A program made the translations under genes and the position numbers. Shown here in pieces: positions 25,897 to 40,445 of a stretch of 64,000 nt of DNA. Every line of letters begins with the position of its first letter. The stretch's first letter is position 1. The stretch is from Eledone cirrhosa (Eukaryota), in assembly GCA_964016885.1 (NCBI GenBank), contig OZ024740.1, positions 221,216,001 to 221,280,000 on the forward strand. Reading direction: 5' to 3'. Under the pieces are notes generated by a model, which saw nothing but the letters and a program-made list of their open reading frames with translations, was not told where the DNA came from and ran no database searches.

Positions 25897-26092
25897 TAAG
25901 GGCAGTGGGTTGGCAGTATCGGTAGAGAGTCAGATAACATACGTTGCTACAAAGAGTTACGGCCCTTTACGTTCTGAGTTCAAATCCCGCCGAGGTTAAC
26001 TTTGCCTTTCATCCTTACGGGGGTCGATAAAATAAAGTACCAGTAATGTACTGGGTAATTGCTGGCCTTGTGCCTAAAGTAGAAACAATTAT
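25897..26092 (+). mobile_element. Full-length tRNA-derived SINE
   Basis: Same head, core and tail as 13783-13974. Confidence 0.9.
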
Positions 26093-26135
26093 ATATATAT
26101 ATATATATATATGTAGAGAGAGAGAGAGAGAGAGT

Positions 26136-26181
<46 letters not shown>

Positions 26182-26289
26182 GGTTGCTAAAGACGAGTTA
26201 GTGGTGAATTAATCACCTCTAAAATTCGTAGCGAGTATATAAAAATGTTTATTTGCATGAACACTTCGTATATGATTCTATATACAATA

Positions 26290-26358
<69 letters not shown>

Positions 26359-27179
26359 ATAAAGTGGATTAAAATAAAATTTATTTCAATCATATTAAGC
26401 CGTAAATCAGCTCAAATATGCTTTATACAGGTTGCAATCCGTATTTTGCTGACCATTACCTATTCGAAATATCATTCAGGTACAGTACTAAGTATATTGC
26501 AATTAAGATTAAAAAATAGCAAGCAAAAAATGCGTTTAAGGAAAAAATATAATTTTCATGCATAATTGTCCATACCGGGGTTTCCCCACGATTACCAATA
26601 CTAGCAAATTAACATAATTAATTAACCAGTCAAGACTACAAGGATCGTTAGTAAACTAGTCTTAAGATAAACTGATTAATAGCCATTTCAAGAAAACCTC
26701 TAATGAATTTTTCTGTATTGTCAATAACGTCTAGACTGGTCAACTATTAAAGCTAAAAGGAAAACGTAATGTTATGAACACCACGTGGTTTAGAAAGGTG
26801 CATGTATGGAGATCCAAAGAAACATTTATAGGACATTCGTAAATTATTGCCTCAATGTATACAAGTAGAAACCATCGGTGAATGACCGTCACAATTAGAG
26901 ACTAATTATTCATAATGGAGGCCAACGCTTCGTTACAACACAAACCGTATATCTAAACGATGAAAAATAGCTTAGAATGCAACGAAAATTGATGAACACA
27001 GCGTCTCTCTTCCACATGATTAGAAACACATGACATACGACTAACCATGGGGATCTCGATTGTATTACACTGTGAAAAAGAATTAAATGATGTTCACATA
27101 AATACATTTTCGCCGCATTTTCTTATATACATGTGTGTGTGCGTGCACATGCGTGCGCGCACGCGTATATGTATTATGC

Positions 27180-27507
27180 ATGTGTATCTCTCGAAACGTT
27201 CGGTGTCTCCATTGAATTGGTGTGCCCTGAGTGTGGAAAGATTTGCTTAAGCAAATCTGGTCTCAGGAGCCATAGTCGCAGTCATGTTCAAAGAGAACCA
27301 GTGAACTATGATCTCCACGGTATTGTGAAGGTTCACAGGCAACCTGAATGCAAGACCTGAGGTCAGGGAGATCCATGGTTGTCGTCGGTGTGCGAAGAAC
27401 TGCAAGTCTCTAACAGGCTTGAAAAGCCATATCCGAGCGTCACACATCTGAACCTGACAAGCGATTGCAATACTCTTAGCAGAGTTTACAGCCATCATGT
27501 ATGTATG
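27180..27507 (+). mobile_element. 3' end of an RTE-clade LINE with C2H2 zinc fingers and TATG tail
   Basis: CPECGKICLSKSGLRSHSRSH and CRRCAKNCKSLTGLKSHIRASH, then gcgattgcaatactcttagcagagtttacagccatc-atgtatgtatg. Confidence 0.75.
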
Positions 27508-27870
27508 CAGTTACTAACATATCCCAGTGTCCCAATATTCACAGGCATAAATCTGAAGGTATAGTCAGGGTGGAATATCTGCAGATTTCTCATTAGTTCT
27601 GCATAGATATTCTCTTTTTCGCTAATCTTTGATATTATATTGGCATCTGCTGGGCAGCTAACTTCCACTACTGTGCATGCCTTCTTTCCCCTATCCCATA
27701 TCATTATATCTGGTCTGTTATCCATGCATTTTATTGGGGTTTTTACTGGAACATTCCACCAGTACTCTTTAATATTATGTATATTTATGTCTTCCACGTA
27801 GCTTTTAATGTGTTTATTATCGGGGTTATTTTTTCTACGGATTGCATCGTACAGTGTTTTGGCCACTATA
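27508..27870 (-). mobile_element. REL-domain fragment of R4/Dong-like family B
   Basis: ORF 27495-27890 (YWWNVPVKTPIKC..NRPDIMIWD..VVEVSCPAD) is highly similar to 20175-20540. Confidence 0.85.
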
Positions 27871-28007
27871 GATAGATATCCGAGCGTCACACCTGAATCT
27901 GAAAAGCGATTGCAATACTCTTGTCAGAGTTTGAGCCATCATGTATGTATGTATGTATGTATGTATGTATGTATGTATGTATGTATGTATGTATGTATGT
28001 ATGTATG

Positions 28008-28710
28008 TCAGGTCACCACTTGGTGCTACTGGTAACATGTATTCCAGTACAACCTGTCTCATGGTCGGGTCGTTGGCGACTAAACTGGCAACCCCACTAA
28101 GGTTTCTTGGTGAGGAGGGTGACTTTGGACATCCTGCAGGACTAAAAACAAAACTTGTCAAAGGGCAAAGGAGCTCTTAAGAGTCAATGGCCATCCAAAA
28201 TCACCGGGAGAGATGACCCCTTAGCCTTTGTCAAGGCAGAATTCTAGGAGAAGGAAAACTCTGATATAACACCTGCAACTCTGATGGTATCCAATGATGT
28301 TGACTTGTTCTTCTTTTTGGTAAATATCATCTTGGTTAAGAGAGTGGGACTGGCTTTGTGCAGTGCCTTTGCTCACTATAAAAGCTTCACGGCACAGGCA
28401 TTGCTTTATATCTGGAGATTTCTCTGCACTTGTCGTCACATGGTACGAAGGGCCTAGCACTATGTGTCAATAATTGTCACAAGTGTAGTGTTTGTACCAG
28501 AGTTTTCAAGTCGCTGGCTGGACTAAAGTCACATTCGTTCAGCGCATCGGTAGGAGTTCTCCTACATGGATATAAAGTAGTGGCCGTACTTGAAAACGAG
28601 TTGGCAGCCACCATGTATGTATGTATGTATGTATGTATGTATGTATGTATGTATGTATGTATGTATGTATGTATGTATGTATGTATGTATGTATGTGTGT
28701 ATGTATGTAT
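28008..28710 (+). mobile_element. Bipartite RTE-derived element (family B) with C2H2 remnant and (TATG)n tail
   Basis: Head homologous to family A; tail reads HKCSVCTRVFKSLAGLKSH..gagttggcagccacc-(atgt)n. Near-identical inverted copy at 36809-37404. Confidence 0.78.
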
Positions 28711-30321
28711 CTAAGACAGTCAATTTAACAGAACCGTCAGCGAGTTGAATATTTGTTCTAGATCTCTGCATTCTGAGTTCAAATCCCGCAAAGGCCCACT
28801 ATGCCTGTCATCATTTCAAGATCGACAAAAACAGTTCTGGTTCAGCCCTCTTTCCTTCAAGCTGTCATATCCTGGATATTCCGCTTGATGATGAAGGTGT
28901 CCATCTGCTCGCGACTGTATAGGCACATAACACTCTTAGCGAAAACATGGTACCACACTAGCAAGTCACACGCGATTGTGAGTGAGTAGTTTGTTGATAG
29001 AAGTACACACACCCACCCCCACACACACACACATATATATATATATCCTTTCTTTCTTAGAAATGTAGATTGATCGGACAACTGGAAACTCATCCGGCGT
29101 TCTCGACGAGTGAGTCGATCAGGCATTTATGTGTGTGTGTATGAGTGTGTGTGTGTGTTACTGTGTGTGTGTTCATGTATCTGCGTGCTTCTGTATGTGT
29201 GTGTGCGTGCGTGCTTCTCTATGTGAGTATGTGTGTGCCTGTGTGTGTGAAAACAACCAAATATTGATTCAACCCTTAATACAAAACCCAAAGTAAATAA
29301 GAAGAAAGCTGGTTTGTTAAAAACTCGCCGCCATCGCAAGCCCCCTCCCCCACCTACTATAGCAATCTTAGTTGTATCATTGGAATAAAACAGAAACCAT
29401 TTGAGGGTTTGGCGACAGATGTCTTCGATCTGATCTGGCAAAAAATAATAATTTATTTATACATTGTGTCCCAGAATTTCTTTCAATATGTAAATGTTAT
29501 CTTCTTTCGGCATCAACGCAAAAAAAAAAAAGCCACCATAAAAAAAAAAAAAAAAGCTAGTACAATGCAAAATTATTTTATCTATTGTAGGAAAAAAATG
29601 TATGAATATACCTTAATAACAAATAAAAAAACACGAAGAAATCGATAATCAAAATGAAACAAATGTTTACAAGAAAGAAAACAGAGGACAAGAATTATGT
29701 GGTGGATAAGGAAGAACTTTGTTACATTTTGGTATTTTTCATTGAATGTAAAATGGAAAGGAAATATAGAAAATATGGGTGGTAGATTTAATCTATTGCC
29801 TGGTTAAAACAAAATATCCTCTTGATTCTTCGGTGCCATTTTGTGGAGTTCATTCTGTCGCAAACATTCAGGCCAGGACTTCAGTTTAAGGATATCTTCC
29901 TCACCGAAAAGAGGCATGGATACTGTATTTCCATTGCTCTCTGCAGGTCCGGATTTTAACCTAGTGTGTCCCTAAGCTATATGAAATTTGAGGACATTCT
30001 CTAAAAGAATACGGGTAAAAAATGTTAAAGATAATTATGCATGATTATTATTTATATTAATGTTAATGATAAAGAATAAATAATATATATATGTCTTCAA
30101 TTTGCAAAGCTGTCTAAACGTAATGTTATAACTCTAAGGTAAAATACCTTATTGAGTGCTTAGCTGCACATTCCGATTGCATTCGTTAGCTTAGCTGCAG
30201 CCAGAGCTTCGATTATGGTGAACTTCCATTTGTATATATACAGTATATATTCATTTTATTAAACTCTACTTTGGCATTGAGTACTCCTTTCTCTCAGCTG
30301 TAAACCACATACGGATATATA

Positions 30322-30430
<109 letters not shown>

Positions 30431-30447
30431 GTATTTATATATATATG

Positions 30448-30496
<49 letters not shown>

Positions 30497-30803
30497 GGAA
30501 AAAATGAAACGAAATTTCATTTCCCACTCTTAGTACGGCTGTTACTTAAATATAAGTATGTATACGTACATACATATATTTATACGGACGTACAGTAGTA
30601 TGTATATATATATATATACATACATGCACACATATATATATATGTACGTATGGATTCACCGAACATTTATTATAATGCTCGGTGTGTTTGTAAACAAACA
30701 TCCCGTATTAAGCCGTAGTGTCTAGCAACCATCGTTGCTCATTTGTTCAACACTGACAAAGGAACGCTGTACTAGTTTCAAGCTTATTAGCTATCGTCAC
30801 CTT

Positions 30804-30863
<60 letters not shown>

Positions 30864-30941
30864 CGAAGGAATTGTGGTAAGGAACCGGATGGACCATAAC
30901 GCACTAGAGTACTCAATACTTAGGGTAGTCGAGTGGGTAAT

Positions 30942-31009
30942 AGCTCAAGCCGTTTCGACGGCTATATCTGGACTTGAGTCCAGAAATAACCGTCGAAACG
31001 GCTTGAGCT
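30942..31009. repeat. Near-perfect 68-bp hairpin between (TA)n tracts
   Basis: agctcaagccgtttcgacggctatatctggac-ttga-gtccagaaataaccgtcgaaacggcttgagct. Confidence 0.8.
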
Positions 31010-31270
31010 CTGCCATCGGGGTCATAATTTTTCCTATATATATATATATATATAAAACTTTTGATGGTTTAGTGTTAAACAATAATATTTGTAAAAGTGA
31101 GGCCCCCGAGGGTGTGTGGCCCTAAGCTATAGCTTATTTACCTTATAGGTAAAACCACCATTGCTTCTCTGGCTAAACAGTAAAACCCGGCCAAACACCA
31201 AATCTCACAAATACACACATTCACACAAACATTCATTCAAATTTCCAAATACTCATTCACCCTCCCCCAT

Positions 31271-31325
<55 letters not shown>

Positions 31326-33351
31326 GCACACACACATTTTCCCCACATACTTATTCGCACTCACACTTACACCACATTCTTCCACATACATATATTACAC
31401 TCGCGTATATCCACACTCTTCTATATACATAAACGCACATTCATTCAAATGCACAACCCCTCCCTCCCACATGCACACATACATACATACATACATACAC
31501 ACACACTGAAATTCACAAACACAAGTAATAGTAGCATGCATACATACACATATAGACTTCATAAACACCAGGCACGTGCCGTGAAGTAAATTATCAGGAA
31601 ACAATGAGAATAATAGCTACATTATTTCCGTTTATTCCAAAGCCACAAATAAATAGATATACTTACGTGGAAACATTGACAAAAATGCTTCGTCAATATA
31701 GCCCGTCTTGGTAGTTGTATAAATGAGAAAATGGAATCATTTTAGGCCGGTTGCTTTGGCGACTGCTGTCTTTGACCAAATACCATACACTGCGGCGTAC
31801 ATGTCGACCTGGTATAGAAGTCGTTCAAAAGATTCTGAGCACAAATTTCTCTCTAAGGCCTATACCTCTCGTATAGGTCACCCCCCCCCCCCCCCCCACA
31901 AAAAAATCACACGTTAGGGTTTACTAGAGGGGTTCTTATTAGCGGCTGTCCTAGAGATGATTTTTTTCATGAGTATACGCACTGTATTTTATAATAAAAC
32001 ACCTTAGTAGTATACCTTCTACAAAATGCCCAAGTAAACCGTACTTATAGGGTCATGTTTTTCCTTATTATCTTTGTTAAATGTCTCTGAACTTAAGATT
32101 TAACTAGAAATATTTGTGACAACTTGCCGTAGTTACAGTAAGAGATATATAGTGGTTGTAAAGATCTCTGTGATTGTAAAGATACGCATTTTCATTCTGC
32201 TGTACACGTCAACCTCTAGTTTTGGAGAGATTTCTTTCAAACTTAAAATGTCGACTTGAACGTCTCAATTTACGGCACTCGTTATGAAATTGTTATCAGG
32301 CGCGTTGATAGTCAAAAACTAACCAAAGAAGAAGTCTTTACGCTGTCACTTGACTTGCAAGAAAATCTCTGATACAACATACCATACTGTTTTAAAAAAT
32401 GGAAGGAGACATGTGTGTAATCAGGATAATTTTAGTCTTGGATCAGTGATGGAAATGTGTTCTAGGAACTAGGTGTATGTTAAGGTTCATGAGGCTGAGA
32501 AGGGGGCAAGGCGTTAGACACTCTAAGCTCCCTCTCCCGAGAAACTGAAAGTAGTGGAACGTCGTCTCCTTTCATATCCGCCATTTTAAATCCACAGTAC
32601 TGAAATATTAATGGTTAGTGTTTTCGGCTAGCGATCGCGATGCCGTGAGTTCGATTCATGGCAGCGCATTGTTCCAGTCCATTCATCTGGGAGATGTGTT
32701 GATGTTTCTTGTCAACAGATATTCCATCTTGTATTTAAATTTAAACATTGTGTGTGGCGGAATATTGGGAGTGATATTTAGCTGTGGCTCTTTATTTTCT
32801 GGTGGAGAACCTCGTGTTCCGGCTCTCTGTGCTCTGAGTTCAAGTTCCTCCAAGGCCAACTTTCCCATTCATCCTCTCGGGGTCCATAAACTAGTCCAGG
32901 TGGGGAATTATTACAGAGCCGAACGAGATACCTTGCAGTATCTGATCAGCCTCTGTGCATTCTTAGTTCAAATCCCGTCTACTTCGGCAGTTTCGCTATT
33001 ACGATCTGACGATCAACTCCGTTTTTACCTTTCTATTTTCTGACCTGCGACAGACAGGTATCCACTTAAGGAAGAGTTTTGCATTCAATTGATTAGCGTT
33101 TATGAGACCAAGATAAGCTACGGATTTCATCCAGCACGCGCATGTCTGGAAAAACGGATGTAAGATGTTAATAATGGTTCATATCTCTTTATTTTCTGAG
33201 CTCAAATCATACCGAAGTTGACTTTGTCTTTCATTCTTCCGGGGTCTTTAAAATAAAGACCATCCAAGTACTGTAATCGACACAATCAACTGTTCTCTCT
33301 CTCCTAATTCTTGTTCGTGTGCTTTTGTTAAAAATACTTAATACTTATCAT

Positions 33352-34140
33352 ACTAGACTGGCGAGCGTAAGATCAGTCGGCTGGTATTTGCAGACGGCAT
33401 GGTATTATTAAATTCGTCGGAAGGTGAGCACTGACATGCACTGGATAGTTTGCTGCTGACTGCTACACAGCAGGCATGAAAATCAGTGCTGTGAAGATTG
33501 ATACACTCGTCCTCGCAAGAAAACCTGCACAGTACAATCTACATGTTAGTGGAGTTCCACTGAAGCAGGTAGAGAAGTTCAAATATCTCGGGACCATCTT
33601 CACGAGTGAGGGAAAGCATGAGGTTGAATGAAAGGCAAAAATGGTAGGAGCTGGTGCAGTAGTGCGCGAGCTCCAGGACTCAGTCATTAGAAAGGGGGTA
33701 GTGTAAAAGCCAAACTCGATATCTTCAATTCGGTATTTATGCTTACCCATACCTATGATTATGAATCTTGAGAAATCGCCAAAAGAATACGATCACCAAT
33801 ACAAGCAGCCGAAATGGGATTCTTCTAAAGGGTCTTTGGTGTAACGTTTCTCGATAGAGTACATAACTCAGAGACCAAAGGGTCGCTCAAAGTGGAGCTG
33901 TTACTTCTTTGAATCGAGAGGTCACAGCTTCGATATTAATGACATAAGGAAAGAATCGCTGGACGGATTTTACGGGCAAAACCAACCGGCAGGAGATCCA
34001 GGTGTAGGCCCTGAACAAATTTGCTGTATAACATCCATGAGCTCAGTTGGTATCGGTTGGTAACAGTTGGTTCTGATAGGACTCTCTAGACGGCGTGTCT
34101 GAGGACTCTGCCCAAAGGAAGAAAAAAAGAAGCAAGAAAT

Positions 34141-34176
<36 letters not shown>

Positions 34177-34180
34177 AGAA
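33352..34180 (+). mobile_element. 3' fragment of an RTE (Expander/Rex3-like) LINE with GAAA tail
   Basis: RLVFADGMVLL, GMKISAVK, LKQVEKFKYLGTIFTSEGK and IQAAEMGFF; similar to 59700-60190. Confidence 0.75.
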
Positions 34181-34624
34181 GTGTTGTATATCTGAAAAGT
34201 GTGTTTTATATTCATTTACTCAAATTCGTCTTACAGTAACATTGGGCAATTCTACGAATATAATAGATTTTTCTAGAATATGAAGGCGTTATTGTGACTT
34301 GTATCAACCGCCTCGATCACATTTGTTAGGAATTAATCTCGGACGATGATATTGCAATTTCAGGCGGTTTAACATGAAATCTAAACGTAGCATTAGGAAT
34401 CCTATTTATTAAGAGTTACTCGCCACCTCACAAGACCAAAATAATATATTAACAGTCATATTTTAACAGCTGCTCCCGCTATTCATTTAGTCGTCTGCTT
34501 TATCACCTGTATTCATATTCGTAATGACACACACACACATACACACACACATACACACACACACACAGACACACAGACACACACACACACACACAGACAC
34601 ACAGACACACACAGACACACACAG

Positions 34625-34662
<38 letters not shown>

Positions 34663-34789
34663 ACACACACATGCGTTATCACACACACACATACGCTGCC
34701 AGACACTCACATACGCTGTCACACACTCATTCGTTCACATACGCATACACACACAAATACATATACAGCCACACACATGCACACTCAAA

Positions 34790-36112
34790 TACGTAGACCA
34801 GTACATATACAGACACACATATACACACACTCAAATACATAGACCAGTACATATACAGACACACACATATACACACTCAAATACATATACAGATACACAT
34901 ACACATCCTCAAATACATATACAGACACACATACACACACTCAAATACATATACAATACATATACAGACACACACATATACACACTCAAATACATATACC
35001 AGTACATATACAGACACACATACACACACTCAAATACATATACAGACACACACATACACACACATATACACACTCAAATACATATGCCAGTACATATACA
35101 GACACACATACACACACTTAATTACATATACAGACACACACACATATACACTCAAATACATATACCAGTACATATACAGACACACATACACACACTCAAA
35201 TACATATACAATACATATACAGACACACACATATACACACTCAAATACATATGCCAGTACATATACAGACACACATACACACACTTAATTACATATACAG
35301 ACACACACACATATACACTCAAATACATATACCAGTACATATACAGACACACACATATACACACTCAAATACATATACAGACACACATAGACATCCTCAA
35401 ATACATATACAGACACACATACACACACTCAAATACATATACAGACACACAGATACACACACATATACACACTCAAATACATGTGCCAGTACATATACAG
35501 ACACACATACACACACTCAAATACATATACAAATACATATACAGACACCCACACATATACACTCAAATACATATACCAGTACATATACAGACACACACAT
35601 ATACACACTCAAATACATATACAGACACACATACACACTCAAATACATATACAGACACACAGATACACACAGATATACACACTCAAATACATATACCAGT
35701 ACATATACAGACACACATACACACACTCAAATACATATACAAATACATATACAAACACACACACATACACGCACACAAATACATATACCAGTACATATAC
35801 AGACACACACATATACACACTCAAATACATATACCAGTACATATACAGACACACACATATACACACTCAAATACATATACAGACACACATACACATCCTC
35901 AAATACATATACAGACACACATACACACACTCAAATACATATACAAATACATATACAGACACCCACACATATACACTCAAATACATATGCCAGTACATAT
36001 ACAGACACACATACACACACAGAAATACATATACCAGTACATATACAGACACACACATATACACATACACCCACATATACACACACAAATACATATGCCA
36101 GTACATATACAG
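34790..36112. repeat. Compound CA-rich minisatellite
   Basis: Recurrent modules cacactcaaatacatat, accagtacatat and acagacacac in varying order. Confidence 0.9.
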
Positions 36113-36759
36113 ACAGCCACACGTCTATGTTCCAACATTAACTCGTTATTACCGTTGTCTCACACCGGTCAGTTCTCAAATATTCTAGTTCATTCTTTGA
36201 TTTATTCCTTCGTACTAATAAAATTACAAACGAAACAATGCATACGCTCACACCTACACACATACATACATGCATACACACACATACATACATAATACAT
36301 ACATATATCACACATACATACATACATACATACATACATACATACATACATACATACATACATAATACATACATATATCACACATACATACATACATACA
36401 TACATACATACATACATACATAATACATACATATATCACACATACACACATACATACATACATAATACATACATATATCACACATAGATACACACATACA
36501 TACATACATACATACATACACACAGATACACACATACATACATACACACACACACACAGACACCCCACATACGTATCCATAAATACACACACACACACAC
36601 ATATACATATATCATACATATATCATACATACATACGCATATTATACGTATATACATACACCCATAACCGTAAACTTATATATAGAAACACGCACACATA
36701 CATACACAAACACATACATACATACATATACACATACACACATATATATATACACATAC

Positions 36760-37404
36760 ATACATACATACATACATACATACATACATACATACATACA
36801 TACATACATGGTGGCTGCCAACTCGTTTTCGAGTACGGCCACTACTTTATATCCATGTAGGAGAACCCCTACCGATGCGCTGAACGAGTGTGACTTTTTA
36901 GTCCAGCCAGCGACTTGAACACTCTGGTACAAACACTACACTTGTGACAATTATTGACACATAGTGCTGGGCCCATGGTACTATGTGACGAGAAGTGCAG
37001 AGAGATCTCCAGATATAAAGCAATGCCTGTGCCGTGAAGCTTTTATAGTGAGCAAAGGCACTGCACAAAGCCAGTCCCACTCTCTTAACCAAGATGATAT
37101 TTACCAAAAAGAAGAACAAGTCAACATCATTGGATACCATCAGGGTTGCAGGTGTTATATCAGAGTTTTCCTTCTCCTAGAATTCTGCCTTGACAAAGGC
37201 TAAGGGGTCATCTCTCCCGGTTTTTTTTGGATGGCCATTGACTCTTAAGAGCTCCTTTGCCCTTTGACAGGTTTGTTTTTAGTCCTGCAGGATGTCCAAA
37301 GTCACCCTCCTCACCAAGGAACCTTGGTGGGGTTGCCAGTTTAGTCGCCAACGACCCGACCATGAGACAGGTTGTACTGGGATACATGTTACCAGTAGCA
37401 CCAA
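36760..37404 (-). mobile_element. Bipartite RTE-derived element (family B), flanked by (CATA)n on both sides
   Basis: Reverse complement of 28020-28612; (CATA)n at 36760-36808 and 37405-37422. Confidence 0.8.
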
Positions 37405-38721
37405 CATACATACATACATACATGTGGTCTATGAAAGAAGCTAAGCTCATGAACAGATGGGATAACTTACAGAAATATTGACACAAAAAAAAGACAAAGC
37501 AAAACAGGAAGAGACGTTGAAGTACAAGGTGTGTGAGAAACGTGGAAAAGTATGAGAAGTGAAGGAGAGAGTAAACCCTTGAATAGTGTAAAAGGTTGAG
37601 TATAGCATATTGAAATATTACGAACGATGAAGTCTATGTACACAGAACGTTAGAAAAATAATGTCAGACCAAGTCTAGTCTGAAAGGCAACACCTTTGAG
37701 CAAACCAGTTATACAAGAATAACATTTAAATGGGATATATTAACTAATAAAAGAATAATATAAAATTCTGATCTGGAGTAAATAACAAGAGCAGTAACAA
37801 TAGAGTCAATCTGAAATTTGTCGTATGTATATATATGACAGAAAGGTAGCGACTTGGCAGAGTCGTTAGAACGTTGGATAGAATGTTTTGTAGTTTTCGT
37901 TCCAGCTCTCTGCTATCTCAGTTCAAACGCCGCCGAGGTCAACTTTGCCTTTCAGCCATTCGGGGGTCGATAGAAAAGTACCAGGCTAGTGCTAGGGTAG
38001 ATTTTCCTCTATATTTCTTTATCACTTTCTTTCTCTCACTCTCTATCCTTCTCTAGAAGAAATCTGCTGTGTTCAGATTTGGAGAGAGATGGGCTGCGCC
38101 AGGGGATAAACTGCCTAAGAAATGTCGTATGTCACTATGACACCCCTTAGACTTCATCAGGCGTTACGGGACCATGCCATACCTTACCATACCATATCTT
38201 ACCATACCATACCTTACCATACCATACCATAAATGACAGATCGTTATATTTATATGCCAGAGTTGTTAGAATATCGGAATAATTACCTCAGTATATCTTC
38301 CTGCTTTCTACGCTTCGATTTCATATCCGGCCTTTCATCCTTTCAGGATCGATAAATAAAGTACCACCAGTCCAGGCAAGGTGAATTGGCGGAATTGCTA
38401 GAGTATCGACCGTGATGCTTGCGGTATCTATTTTGATCCTTTGTCTTCTGATGTCGAACGTGGCGTCACTGGTACTAAAGCGTACCGTCTCTTGACTTTC
38501 TTTTGAACAACACCACAGGCGTGGAAAGACGAGACTTGTATGCATGGGATCTTTGTTTCCATGTTTACACATACATAAACACACGCACACACATACACAC
38601 ATACACACTTACCTTCCCCACAAACATTGCCAGGCCCTTCTACCACTTGGAGAGGAACTTTACCAGTGTAGATTCATAGCCTCACCAGACATGCGGAGTT
38701 TTCAGATAGAAAAGTTTATAA

Positions 38722-39175
38722 ATAATTATTTCTACTTTTGGCACAAGGCCAGCAATTATCTCAGTGCATTACTGGTGCTTTATTTTATCGACCCCGTAAG
38801 GATGAAAGGCAAAGTTAATCTCGGCGGGATTTGAACTCAGAAAGGCAAGGGCCGAAACTCTATGCGTCAAAGCATGGCGTCCGACCTTCTTCCGATACTG
38901 CCGGTCGTCATATTAGAATAATTGTTTTTACTTTTGGCACAAGGCCAGCAATTATCTCAGTGCATTACTGGTGCTTTATTTTATCGGCCCCGTAGGGATG
39001 AAAGGCAAAGTTAACCTCGGCGGGATTTGAACTCAGACCGTAAAGAGCCGTAACTCTATACTGTAAAGCATGGAGTCCGACCCTCTTTCGATACTGTCAA
39101 TCCACCGCCGTACGAGACGTGTACGAGACGTGTACTTTGTTTCCATGTTTTCACATACATAAACACACACACATA
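38722..39175 (-). mobile_element. Tandem pair of tRNA-derived SINEs, the second with a 5' extension
   Basis: Two reverse-complement copies at 38722-38905 and 38917-39110. Confidence 0.85.
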
Positions 39176-39821
39176 AATCCACCAAAGTTTATAAATAATA
39201 CAGAAAACTTCCAATGAAAAGCAAAATGTAATTTTCAAAAAGATAAACACAGTAAATGAGAAAAAAAAACAAACTTTATTTATAAACATATTGAGGATCA
39301 ACTGAAAGCAGTACTTTTATCCAGAACCTGAAATGGACCTCCTTCGGTTTTAACGATGAGTGCTCCAGTTGCTCGATCAACGAAACGACTCACTCGTGAA
39401 ATTAACGTGCAAGCGGCTGGATGATGCAATAACATCTAAAATCTGCAAGCTAGAAATATTTTACGGAAAACTGCTAAATTTACATCGCAAACAAATCTTT
39501 ACTATACTACATTCCACTTCGTTCACTTTTCCCCCCTTATCCAGATGTACATACCAATATACATGGACACATACACATGTAGATAGATACACATACGTGT
39601 ACGTATGTCTGTGTCTGTGTAAGAACATGCATGTTCCAGTGTATTATTGGAAGCAGTTCAGTTTACAAGAATATGATGCAGCATTAACGAAATCGTCAAA
39701 TTCTGTTATGATTAACTTTATATATCTAAGTTGTCCAGATTACATCAGCGAATCTTCTATATTTGACTGTGGGATTCTTGAATAAATAAAGGTCAAAGAT
39801 AGAGCACTGAAACTGAAACTG

Positions 39822-40445
<624 letters not shown>

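Noticed and set aside
38100-38230. Hammerhead from a minus-strand CTGATGA
   Set aside because: No GAAA box at the required position. The region looks like a retroposon 3' end with an (ACCAT)n tail, similar to 22870-22940.
39394-39440. Minus-strand micro-exon with a gtgagt donor
   Set aside because: The sequence matches a dispersed repeat tail also at 24625-24700 and 29065-29110.
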